A stretch of DNA of 63,539 nucleotides, the filler included, from Octopus bimaculoides (lineage: Eukaryota), in the NCBI RefSeq assembly GCF_001194135.2. It is 8 parts of 8 records of this genome, joined end to end, with 100 filler letters (N's around TTAATTAATTAA, not from the genome) between each part and the next. Parts side by side here need not be neighbours in the genome. Positions count along the whole stretch, not along the records: positions 1 to 11,040 come from NC_069004.1; positions 11,141 to 14,860 come from NC_068996.1; 6 more parts are not named here. One strand, given 5' to 3'. Position numbers and translations under genes: made by a program. The notes under the pieces are model-generated. The model had not been told where the DNA came from, did no database searches, and saw only the letters and a list, made by a program, of their open reading frames with translations. Of the stretch, positions 1 through 12,486 are shown one piece after another. How positions within the stretch are numbered: the first letter of the stretch is position 1; the number at the start of each line of letters is the position of its first letter.

Positions 1-124
1 AAACAAGAAAGAGATATATCAGCTCAAAAGCAGCACTCCATGTGGACTTTGAAGCTAGATCCTGTGGAGTGCTAATTGGGCCTGTGGTCCAAAACTAAAG
101 AGAGGTATAGGATGACTATAATAC

Positions 125-1290
125 TCCTTTACTCTTTAACTTGTTTCAGTCATTTGACTGCGACCATGCTGGAGCACTGCCTTTAGTCAAGCAAATCGAC
201 CCCAGGACTATTGTAACTTAGTGGTTCAGCAAAAGGAGTCCAATAGAATAAGTACCAGGTTTTAAAAAAATAAAAGTACTGGGGTTGATTCATTCGACTA
301 AAAATTCTTCAAGGTGGTGCCCCAGCATGGCCACAGTCTAACAACAAAATCAAGTAAAAGATGAAAGCTTTACTTTTTAGATAATCCATCCACAAAGCTT
401 TAGTAGGCCCCGGCCATAGTAGAAAACACTTGCCCAAGGTGCCACGTTCTGGTATTGAACCCCAAGCCACAAGGTTGGAAAACAAGTTTGTTAACCACAC
501 GGCCATGCTTGGCATAATGTATTTTTAAGGTAATAAAATCTACAAAGTTGCTGCTAATTTACCTTGACTAATTTAATTAATATGTGGTTGATTGATTCCT
601 CTTCTTGCAAAAGTTTGTTTGAACATAGGCGCAGACGTGGTTGTGTGGTAAGAAGTTTGTTTCCTGACCGCATGGTTCTGGGTTCTGTGTCAGTATGGAT
701 ACTCTGGGAAAGTGGATTTGGCAGGCTAAAACTGAAAGAAACCCATCGTGTGTGTGTGTATACAACTTAGCAACCGGTGTTGGTTTGTTTACGTCTCAGG
801 ACTTAGTGGTTCGGCAAATAGGGTCCGATAGAATAAGTACTAGGCTTAAGAAAAATAAGTACTGGGATCAATATTTTCGACTAAACCCTTCAATGTGGTG
901 CCCCAGCATGGCCAGAGTCGTTGCACCAGTATATCACAGGTGCATGCATGGCTGTGTGGTAAGAAGCTTGCTTCTCAACTACATAGTTCCGGGTTCAGTC
1001 TCACTGTGTGACATCTTGGGCCATTGCCTTGCTACAGCCTCAGCCTTGTGAGCGGATTTGGTAGACGGAAACTGAGAGAAGCCCGTCGTATATACATATA
1101 TGTGTGTGTGTCCAGTGTTTGTCTCCCACCTCCACTTGACAACCGGTGTTTGTGTGCTTACGTCCTCGTAAATTAGCAGTTCGGTAGAAGGTGTCTGATA
1201 GAATAAGTACCAAGCTTAAAAAATATATGTACTGGATGGAGTCAATATATTCCTTGAAGCAGTGCCACAGCATGGCCGCAGTCTATTGTC
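125..1290. mobile_element. Cluster of SINE A copies and fragments in mixed orientation
   Basis: 3' end (-) ~125-210, 3' half (+) ~215-365, head (-) ~385-510, and copies (+) ~630-920 and ~945-1290. Confidence 0.75.
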
Positions 1291-3889
1291 AAACAAATAA
1301 TAGACAAGATACCAGTGTGTGTCTTCGAGACAACGTATAACAGCTCGCTCTATTCAACGTCTTTATATCCATTATACACGTTATATACATCGGCATCTTA
1401 AATCTAAAGCCATTTTCAAGTGCGTAGCATTTCTTTGGAAGAGAACGACAATGAATTAAGGAAGATAACTCTACTCAATACAAAATTACTTCCGTTGTTA
1501 ACACCCAGGTCAGGTGTAAACGAACAAATCTATGTCCAGACTACATTCTCCGACGTTTCTTACTACGTATTTTAAAAGATGGAAGAGTGTGGTTTAATAA
1601 AAGATTTGGCTGCTATATTTAGCGTGTTGAGCTACTACGTAAAGCTGGCATGCACAACCGTTTTCTAGAATCGGGCCGTACAAGACCTGGTTCATCAATA
1701 TATACGAGCCGCATTACTAAAGAATAGTGATTAATGGTAATTTTTTTTTGTTAAGCATGTCATTATGAAAGTCCCGCGGGCCGCCGGTTGCTCTTGACTG
1801 ACGTAAAGGCTCTTTTATATCTTCGTCAGCAGCGCTTTAGTGTGTGGTTAAGAAAATATTAAGATACAAGGGGAATAACTCTAGTTTATATTTTATGACT
1901 TCGACGTCAACCAACAAAAGTGGAAAATTTGAACTTTTCACTTTAGTAAGATAGTACCATGGATCTCTCCAACCAACTCTGTTTTCTGTCACTGTTCTGG
2001 TCTCATTCTAGTTTCTCCACCCTTCTCGTCTCCTTTCCTTGTCAGTAGTCATTCGCCATGTGGTTTTAGGGCGCTCTGCTACTCTTGTCCCCTCAGGGTA
2101 TCATTTTAGTGCTTCTATACAATTGCTTTCTCGATCTAGTCTGAGAAGTTCTTTTTTTATTATTTTCTTTTAATGATATTAAAAATGAGAAAATATAACG
2201 CACGCGCATATACGCCAATAACAAGGGAGAACAAGAAATGCAGTATCGACGATATTGATAAGGATCTTTTGAAAATTTTCACTCACACGTAGTATTTCGT
2301 GTTAATTACGAAAATCAATACTTTTTTGCGGGGGTGGGAGGGTGGAGGTTATTTTATAAATGAAGTTATGTGCCTTTAAAGAGCCTATGATAGCGCATGA
2401 GTTGAGGGAGAAGGGCATTAGTCTGTTGTTTCTAGCAAGGTAGCGACCACACGGGGCCCTCTTTTTCGCATGTAAGATTGCCGGTGGTGTTGATCACCAC
2501 AGGTCAACTCTGATCGAATAAATCTATTATCAGAAATGTTCCAGTTATCATCCCATCATACTCTGATATAATGGGCTTATAACTACTTAATCCATTATTC
2601 TTCCTCTTAAGGAACAACAGGATGTGATTGGAGAGATATTTAGCAGCTATTTCTTGCAAACTGAACGACTACGTAAAAGTACCATTCAATTGGGTTAGTT
2701 TATTTGATTATACCCGTCAATGACCCTTCAACGCCTCAACTTCTTATATACAGACTTTCTAACTACTGTGTACCTTAACTGAGAACTGGTATTTTCTTAT
2801 CCGTGTTACAGACTCTTTTCTATACTCTGTATCTCTTGCATTCAGATACATATATTTGTATACACATTTTTTGTCTTACATTGTGTTTTATTATGTCGCA
2901 TTCACACTCACACACAGACGTACAGTTTAATGCTCCAATAAACCTTACTGTTATACATCTTTATCGGTTGAGTCTACCTATTTTCCTTCCTGGCAATCTT
3001 GCATTTCACATGCGAACTCTCTATGTTATAGTATTATAACATATAATATATATTTTTGTGTCGACCGTGCGACGCGTTAAAAGGAGCCTGTTTCCATTCG
3101 TCACCATTTCTCCTTTGGTTCGCACAGTCGTCTACAAATGTAAAGACATTGAAGTTGTTTATGTTGAATTAGTCAGTTTTATCTTTTCCCCTGTTGAGTT
3201 TGGTTTTTAGGCGCGAAAGGTCTGTTGGGCAGAACGGTTTTGTCAGCATGTTGATAGTTTTAGAGATCGATATCAGTGCACTCAAATATTGTTGTGTTGA
3301 CAGATGTATTAAGTTTGTTGTTTTTCAATAGATACATAGATAAAAATTTAGGCGTTAGGTAATCAATGATAAAGATGTGATTAATCGGATTTTATTTTAA
3401 GCAATATCGAATTCGTTGCTTATATAATTTTTTCAACAGAAATAACATACCCATGCGTATATACATAAACACACACACATATCATTAATATTATTTGGAT
3501 GCCAGTAGAATCATTAGCATGCCGGATAAAATGCTCAGCTGCATTTCGTCCGTCTTTACGTTCAATTCAAATTACTCAGCGGTCGACTTTGCCTACGTAC
3601 GTCCAGTGTCGATAAATTAAATGCTAGTTGAGCACTAGGGTCGATGTAATCGACAAACACTCACTCCAAAATTACAGGTGTTGCGCCTTTAGTAGAAAGA
3701 ACTAATAATGCTGATAATAATAATCCTGAGTTCAAATTTCGCCGATGTCAACTTTGTCCTTCGTGCTTACAGGGTCTATAAAATAAGTATCGGTTGGGCA
3801 CTGGGGTCGTTGTAATCGACTCCGCCCCCCACCAAAAATTCAGGTGTTGTGCCTGTAGTAGAAAGAATTATTACTATTATTGTCAAAAG

Positions 3890-3974
3890 TTACAAAAGTG
3901 ACTCAAAGGCCGAGAGTTTCGTGTATCAAAAAGTTCGATGCACGAAACTTTCTGTCCTTGAGTCACTTTTGTAA
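3890..3974. repeat. Short fold-back/MITE-like hairpin
   Basis: TTACAAAAGTGACTCAAAGG..AGTTTCGTGTATC-AAAAAGTTC-GATGCACGAAACT..CCTTGAGTCACTTTTGTAA. Confidence 0.8.
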
Positions 3975-5974
3975 TTGCTCCCAGTTAAAAGTGATCAAAT
4001 ATACACACTTATATTCTAAGTTCTATTCATCTTGCTTTTGCTTCCCAACCACATGGTTCCGGGTTCAGTCTCACTGCGTGGCACCTTGGGCAAGTGTCTT
4101 CCACTATAGCCTCGGGCCGACCAAAACTTTGTGAGTAGATTTGGCAGACAGAAACCGTTGAGCGCGCGTGAGAGTCTTTGTATTGACGTCTCCTTAACTT
4201 AGCAGTTCGGCAAAAGAAATCAATAGAATAAGTAATAGACTTTAAAAAAAAGTACAAGGGTCAATTCGTTCGACTAAAATTCTTCAAGGTTGTGCTCCAG
4301 CATGGCCACATTCTAATGGATGAAACAAGTAAAAGTATATTGTGTGAGCGTGTGTTTTGTTTGCTTGTAAATTTGCGCCTGTTTTTACTTCGCTAAAAAG
4401 TTTTTGAGAAGCTAATATCGGCGAAAATTTGGAAATAAACAGCAACGGTAATAATTACTCCTCTTCTGCAGCCAAACTTTTTTTTTTCTAAAATAGTTAA
4501 GTGCAGTTTGAGAGTTAATTTGGTTGTTATAAAAATAGCAACCAAATTTACTCTCAAACTGCATGGATGCTCAAGTTGAGACTCCCTCGTTATGTCAGTC
4601 CGGTGTAAGGATAGATTTTGGTTGCTATTTCTAGCATGTCAGACAAACTTTAGTTTCTTGTTTCTTGTACTGCTGTGTTACATGTAATTTAATAATCCGG
4701 GTTCGGTAGAATGAATGAAGGTGGCGGCTGCGGCAATAGTACAGGTGTATTTATAATCTAATAATCTATGACGTTTCTGTGTGTTTATGACGTCGTTGGG
4801 CCTTCTGACGTTAGTGTGTCTGTACAAGTATGTTTATATGTATGCGTGTGTTATGTACGTTTATGACGTTCGTGTGTGTAGACGTGTGTATATATATCTG
4901 TTAGGGCGTATGTACCGATTCTTGAGTAATTGATACTTTCAGAAATGCTGCTACTACTACTACTTTTGCTGCTTCTATTTTCATCTACCACCACTACCAC
5001 TACTATTATTGCTATTTTTACCACCAATACTACTACTACTGATATTGCAAATATACCCGTAAGCACTTCTAAAGCCCCTCCCCCAGCCAAAGCGATGGTT
5101 TCTATGTACTTCCTCGACTTGCTAGAAACAGTAACCAAATATCCCTCAACCCTCGCAGCTAATAACGTTATTTAACTTTTTGCCTGTCCAAAGCGTTTTC
5201 AGAAGTTGTCCCAAACGCTATCCACGATTGTTTTCAGACTTTTTTCTAAGACCTTCTTTTCATACATTATGGGTAATAAATTTAAAGTTTTGCTTTCATT
5301 AATTACTTTTTATGGTTGAAGAAAACACGGGGAGCGTGTATCATGGATGGTGTATGGACGGTAAGGAAACACATCCGGAGTATCACAGGTGATACACAGG
5401 ACAGGCAAAAGGGTTAAAAAAAAAAAAAACACGAAACGACTTCATTGGATGATGTAGTCCATGGTACACTATGCCTGAGGTTGCAAGGTAGATTAAGTTG
5501 AAGAGAGGCTGGTTGATCATGGATGGGATTTCGTTGGTGTTTGGTCCACCAGGGTCGACCTGGGGTTAAACAACAACTGCCAATACCACAATCATTACTA
5601 CCTCCACCACCACCACCAGTACTTAAACCAAAATTATTACTACTACTACTGTCACATTTAGTTCTATGACTACAGCTTCTGCTATCACCACGCCCCCATT
5701 TCTGCAACTGCAGCCACCGCTATAATCAGAACCACCACCACTGCCTCCGTCAGCACTACAACCACCATCACCAATACCGTTGCTTCCATAATTAACACCA
5801 TCACTACCAACACCACTACAAGTACAACCACCACAATCACTACCACCGCCTCTTGTGCTACAACTACTAATGAGTCACCTTGACTGTTTACGGTAACTAT
5901 ATCAAGTAATCAGTGATGAGGATGGAAAAAAAAAATAACATCCTTTCCTTGTTTGTGAAATATGTAAAATTGCA

Positions 5975-6105
5975 GACGTGGCTGTGTGGTAAGAAACTTG
6001 CTTCCCAACCACATGGTTCTGGGTTCAGTCCTACTGCATGACATCTTGGGCAAGTGTCTTCTACTGCAGCCTGTGGCTGACCAAAACCTTGTGAGTGGAT
6101 TTGGT

Positions 6106-6151
<46 letters not shown>

Positions 6152-6470
6152 ACAAGCTTCTTTCAGTTTCCATCTATCAGATCCACTCATAAGGCTTTGG
6201 TTAGCCTGAAGCTATAATAAAAGACACTTTCTCAGGGTCTTACACAGTGGGACTGAACCCCAGAACCATGTGGTTGGGAAACAAACTTCTTACCACACAG
6301 TCACATGTACATATATGTTCACACATGCACACATATACACAATGGGCTTCTATACAGTTTCCACCTACCAAATTCACTCACAAGACATTAGTCAGTCCAG
6401 GACTATAAGTGGGAGACCTTTGCCTAAGGTGCAATGCTGTAGGATTTGAACCTGAAACGATATCATTGCA
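5975..6470. mobile_element. SINE A heads: (+) 5975-6105, (-) 6150-6305, (-) 6345-6470
   Basis: The first two are reverse-complementary and separated by a (TA)n tract. Confidence 0.8.
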
Positions 6471-8079
6471 AAGTAAATTATTTCTGTAATGAGATAGCAT
6501 CTGCTCTCTGAAAAAAAAATGTAGAATAAAACTAAACAATAAAAGCTTTATTAGCAATTAAGTGGTATCAATTAAAATGTTGATATTAAATTACCCTAAT
6601 AACACTTGAAGAATACAATAATACCTTACAATAACAATACCATATAATTTAATCTGATGCACACATATATAGGTTCACACATACACACGCACACAAATGT
6701 GCTGAGTGTGGATGACTGAATTGAATGAATATCTGGTATAGGTTCCAGTCAATAATACGTTACATAACAATACTATATAATGACTTGATTACTTTGACAC
6801 ACAGATTCATAACACGCACGCGTGTTGAGTATGGTTGACTGAATCAAGAGTATATGGTATCTGTACCAGTCAGCTCTTGTCATCAGCCACTTCATATCCT
6901 GTCGCAAACACTACTGTCACTTAATTAACTTCAATGGCCCACTAAAGACCCTATCATATTTCAGTTATTATATAGCTCCAGGTCAGACCTGAGTGAGCAG
7001 ATGTACAGGTGTATGCAACATAAGGAGGCAGTTGAATCACTGAGTACAATCCAAAGATTCATTGTTCTAAACTTGTAGATATACAATACCTCTGCTGTCT
7101 AGCAGAGAACCACGCCATACAGTTAAATATATGAGGGGTGCTGAAGAATTCCAGGTATTTTGTGATACCTTTAAAGCCAGGTACTTTACAGCCCTCACTC
7201 ATATATATTTATATGTGGGTATGTTGACTGATTTTTCCATGGAAGCATGTTGGAGAAGTGGACACTAAATGAAATTGATGTCTGTATATACACACACACA
7301 CACACACACATGTATATGACTGGCTTGCTATAATTTCATATTTCTTTACTGCCCACAAGGGGCTAAACATAGAGGGGACAAACAAGGGATTAAGTCGATT
7401 ACATCGACTACAGTGTGTTACTGGTACTTAATTTATCAACCTCGAAAGGATGAAAGGCAAAGTCGACCTCGATGGAGTTTGAACTCCAAATGTAGTGGCA
7501 GATGAAATTCCGCTAGGCATTTCGCCCGCCATGCTAACATTTCTGCCAGCTCGCCCCTTGCTATAATTTCAGTCTATCAAACCCACTCACAATGCATTGG
7601 TTGTCCCAGGGCTATAATAGAAGAAATTTTCCCAAGGTGCCATGCAGTGGGACTGAACCTGAAACCATGTAACTGGGAAGTGAGCTTCTTTAGCATTTAA
7701 TCCAACTGTGTCCTGCCCAAATATTTCATCTGTTTCATGTCCAAACATGCCAGATCCAATCTCTCCCACCTGGCCTACAATGTCATTCTAAAAGTAAGCA
7801 ATCACATCATCATAATCTCAAAACTGTGAGATAATGCATGGTTAATTCCAAAGAATGTGAACAAATAAGTGTTACATTTGACAGAATAGTCTAAATTGCT
7901 AAAGGAATGATCACAGCATGTCTACACTTGTTTCTAATGTTTGTTGAAATTGAAAGAAAGATATGTTCTTAGAATGATTTTTAATAAAGATTTGAATCTA
8001 TTGCAAATGTATCTTGGTGTTTCGGGCAGGTGAACAGGAAATGGAAGTGACTATGAGCTTAGGGTTAACTCCTCCTCCT

Positions 8080-8300
8080 CATCATCATCGTTTAACGTCC
8101 ACTTTCCATGCTAGCTTAGGTTGGACTATTTGATTGAGGACTGGTGGACCAGGTGGCAGCACCAGGCTCCAATCTGATCGGGTAGAGTCTCTACAGCTGG
8201 ATATGCCCTTCCTAACGCCAACCACTCCGAGAGTGCAGTGGGTGCTTTTATGTGCCACCGGCATGAAGGCCAGTCAGGCAGTAATGGCAATCAGGCGGTA
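8080..8300 (-). mobile_element. Retroposon 3' fragment with (ATG)n-type tail (RTE-like SINE/LINE end)
   Basis: CATCATCATCGTTTAACGTCCACTTTCCATGCTAG..GGATATGCCCTTCCTAACGCCAACC. I recognise this as a common invertebrate retroposon end, but the family assignment is inferred. Confidence 0.45.
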
Positions 8301-8590
8301 TGGGAAGAAATTGTGCACCTGGTATCTTCAGGTCCTCTTTGATATTCTGTGTTGGCGTGCACATTTTCTTTGTGATGTATGATGTGGTATATTGTCAATA
8401 TGTTTAAAGCTTACACAGAATTCGTATAAATCCATGATGTACCTAAATATATTGGCTTCAGTTTTTGGCACAAGTCCAACAGTTTTGGGCGAATAGGGGA
8501 CAAGTCAATTACTTTAACCCCAGAGTTTAACTGGTACAAAATAATGAAAAGCAAAGTTGAGCTTGGCGGTCAGATGAAATGCCGCTAAGT

Positions 8591-8742
8591 AGGAGTGGCT
8601 ATGTAGTAAGTAGCTTACTTACCAACCACATAGTTCCGGGTTCAGTCCCACTGTATGGCACCTTCTGCAAGTGTCTTCTATATCCTTGGGCTGACCAAAG
8701 CCTTGAGTAGATTTGGTAGACAGAAACTGAAAGAAGCCTATC

Positions 8743-8786
<44 letters not shown>

Positions 8787-9030
8787 NNNNNNNNNNNNNN
8801 NNNNNNNNNNNNNNNNNNNNNNNNNNNNNTGTGTGTGTGTTTGTCCTCCCCAACATTGCTTGACAACTGATGGTGGTGTGTTTACGTCCCTGTAACTTAT
8901 TGGTTCAGCAAAAGTGACCGATAGAATAAGTACTAGGCTTACAACGAATAAGTCCTGGGGTCAGTTTGTTCGACTAAAGGTGGTGCTCCAGCATGGCCAC
9001 AGTCAATTGAATGACTGAAACAAACAAAAA
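8591..9030 (+). mobile_element. SINE family A, full-length copy with gap in internal (TA)n
   Basis: Co-linear with 10098-10490. Confidence 0.8.
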
Positions 9031-10097
9031 GAAAAAAACCAATAAAGCATTTTCCCAGCATGCTAATAATGATTCTGCTCGCTCACTGCCTTGTACCTGA
9101 ATATATTGACCTACATTATCCGATGTCTCATTCTTCCCTTTTAAATCATTTGAGTGTGATATGAGGGAGATTTGGCAGTTATGAGTCCCACTTTGTGTAA
9201 CTTTGTACAAGGTCCCTTTATTAGCTTGTGGAGACACTGTTGTAATTTTCTGCTCTAAACAAAAATATTTGTGTTGAATTTAGTCCTTTTTTTTTTTGGT
9301 GGGGGGACATTACTTGTGCAACATACCAGAGGACTGTTGTAGGAGTCTTAGATTCCTGTTACTGATCCTAGGTGTCTTGGGAGTGCAGGGAACCAACATG
9401 GAGATAGTTTAAGACTTGCATCGTAATATAAAGGAATGAATAACGAAAAAAATGGATGTTTTGTTTTAGTTCTTGATCAGTCCTGATTGAACTTATGATT
9501 AATGACTTTCCAGCTGTCCCCTCTATCATCATTTAACATCCGTGTTCAATGTTGAACATGTGTTGTATCCAACCCAAGCCTGTTTTTTGAAAATAGTGTT
9601 TTTACAGGATTTCATCATTGAATGTGCCTTTTTTTCTCTTTTTCCTTTTTCTCTTTTTGAAATGCCAGGACATATTTTTTTTTTGTTGGTGGGGGTGAGA
9701 TTTGGCTGCAGTTTCTACCAAGTGGTAACCGCCATTTAGAGCAACATTTTCTAGCCTTTCACCATTTTGTTAAATCAATAATCTTCCATAACCTCCCAAC
9801 TTTTTTTTTTAATATTTAAAACATTAACAGGATCCATCCATCTATCCATCTAGTTTGACACATCACTGTCCATTACAATAGGTTAGTTCTTTTTCTTTGT
9901 GTCACAAAACTCGCAGCTGCCAAACTTGTAATCTACACTCTTATCTTAATTATCGTATTGTTTATTCTTGGTTTCTTATTATTTACTAACACATAAATGA
10001 AACCTGGTTTTACTATTATTAAAATAGTAACAACGCTAATTATGCTCAAAAGAATTTATTGTAAAATAAATCTTTAACCATCATCATAAGGGTTTTT

Positions 10098-10490
10098 GGA
10101 GTGGCTGTGTGGTAAGTAGCTTGCTTACCAACCACATGGTTCCGGGTTCAGTCCCACTGCGTGGCATCTTGGGCAAATGTCTTCTACTATAGCCTCGGGC
10201 CGACCAAAGCCTTGTAAGTGGATTTGGTAGACGGAAACTGAAAGAAGCCCGTCGTATATATGTATATGTATATATATATGTGTGTCCGTGTTTGTTCCCC
10301 TAGCATTGCTTGACAAACGATGCTGGTGTGTTTATGTCCCCGTCACTTAGCGGTTCGGCAAAAGAGACCGATAGAATAAGTACTAGGCTTACAAAGAATA
10401 CGTCCCAGGGTCGATTTGCTCGACTAAAGGCGGTGCTCCAGCATGGCCGCAGTCAAATGACTGAAACAAGTAAAAGAGTAAAAGAGTAAA
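10098..10490 (+). mobile_element. SINE family A, full-length, well-preserved copy (tRNA-derived, CORE-like, CR1-like 3' tail)
   Basis: A-box-like TGGCTGTGTGGT, B-box-like GGTTCAGTCCC, CORE-like GGCATCTTGGGCAAATGTCTT, internal (TA)n/(TG)n, and a GTAAAAGA-repeat tail. There are more than 15 full or partial copies in the window. Confidence 0.85.
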
Positions 10491-10679
10491 CTAAAAAGTA
10501 ACCTAAAGTATATTAATAGTTATCGCCAAGCCAAATGGCAGTCCAAAAAATAGGACGAATGCTTCCGTTGATTAGCTCCAAGAGGCCATCGCCTCCAGCT
10601 AGCTATGTGACAAACGAACCTGTGTCCATTACAACCTTCGAACAGGGGAGGTCAGCCGCTTCCCCTTGCTGGTCTAGCA

Positions 10680-10721
10680 TCTACAGACTAGTTTCGGGGT
10701 ATTGCCCCTTATCAATGTAGA
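10680..10721 (-). ncRNA. Minimal type I hammerhead motif with U3-A8 variant core (HHR-E)
   Basis: Minus strand TCTACA-TTGATAA-GGGG-CAATA-CCCC-GAAA-CTAGT-C-TGTAGA. Stem I 6 bp, stem II 4 bp, palindromic stem III ACTAGT, GUC triplet. Confidence 0.75.
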
Positions 10722-11040
10722 GCAACCGAACCCAGTAATTATCCTTTAAGGTGTATGTCACACGCCAAAGTAGCACCCACTTTAAACATAAAATAATACA
10801 TGTTCATAAAATAAATACCAGGCTGAAATATTATTTTTTTGTCGCAATGTCTTCTATGAAAAATCCTTTGAAAGTGGTGAGTTGGTTTGGCTGTAGTTCA
10901 GTGACTGAATCTTGTGTGTAATAAAAAATTAAATAGTAATTTATTGTTCTGAATTGCAGTTAGAGGTTCTCAACTGGGGTCTGTACAAGATTTTGTTGTT
11001 AAAATTTATATGCTTATAGTTCTACAGTGTACAAAATATT

Positions 11041-11140
11041 NNNNNNNNNNNNNNNNNNNNNNNNNNNNNNNNNNNNNNNNNNNNTTAATTAATTAANNNN
11101 NNNNNNNNNNNNNNNNNNNNNNNNNNNNNNNNNNNNNNNN
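11041..11140. other. Assembly spacer: 44 N + TTAATTAATTAA + 44 N (six-frame stop tag)
   Basis: Identical 100-bp constructs at 11041, 14861, 37491, 51211, 56808, 59963 and 61821. Artificial, not biological. Confidence 0.95.
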
Positions 11141-11191
<51 letters not shown>

Positions 11192-11197
11192 TTATCT

Positions 11198-11242
<45 letters not shown>

Positions 11243-11255
11243 GTATAAAGATAAC

Positions 11256-11286
<31 letters not shown>

Positions 11287-11533
11287 GTTTGCGTATTTAT
11301 CTATCTATGTATCTTTCCATGTACATATTCATATATGCTTATAAGTATATAAGTATATAAACAATGTAAATATGCATACATATAAATATATATGTGTGTA
11401 TACACACATACATACACGCATATATATATTTGTGCGTGTGTATCTTTACATACAAATATGCTTGTGTATATTATGTTTTAGTATGAGTATATATGTTCAT
11501 GTATATATGTATATGTATCTGTGTATATATATG

Positions 11534-11592
<59 letters not shown>

Positions 11593-11988
11593 ATATATCT
11601 ATGTGTGTATATATAAATATACCCACGATCTTTTATACAATATATTCTACACAAAGCTTCATAGTCATGATACCATTAATATATATNNNNNNNNNNNNNN
11701 NNNNNNNNNNNNNNNNNNNNNNNNNNNNNNNNNNNNNNNNNNNNNNNNNNNNNNNNNNNNNNNNNNNNNNNNNNNNNNNNNNNNNNNNNNNNNNNNNNNN
11801 NNNNNNNNNNNNNNNNNNNNNNNNNNNNNNNNNNNNNNNNNNNNNNNNNNNNNNNNNNNNNNNNNNNNNNNNNNNNNNNNNNNNNNNNNNNNNNNNNNNN
11901 NNNNNNNNNNNNNNNNNNNNNNNNNNNNNNNNNNNNNNNNNNNNNNNNNNNNNNNNNNATATATATATATATTTATAAAAGTTTTTAC

Positions 11989-12028
<40 letters not shown>

Positions 12029-12372
12029 TTAACTCTAAATATTTTTCTCATATTTTTCTCTGAAGGACTGCTGCGATAAGTATGAGAATCTGTGAGGAGA
12101 ATATGTTGAATAAAATCATAATTAACTTACCTTCCTATTTTTTCTAGTACTCAAAGCCAGGAACTGTTCAACACCCTTCGTATATACATAAATGTAGATA
12201 TTAAAACACACATACCAAATTATGTTGTGATGTGAAATGACAAGTGAGTAAGGACTCTTGGTCGTACATCTTGGTGTACATCTGGTACGCCGTCACGCTG
12301 TCACGCCTCTATTTTTGCTACCACACTCAAGATCTTTATACTGTGGCGTATACATTAAACAGATGAAAATAG

Positions 12373-12433
<61 letters not shown>

Positions 12434-12443
12434 NNNNNNNNNN

Positions 12444-12486
<43 letters not shown>

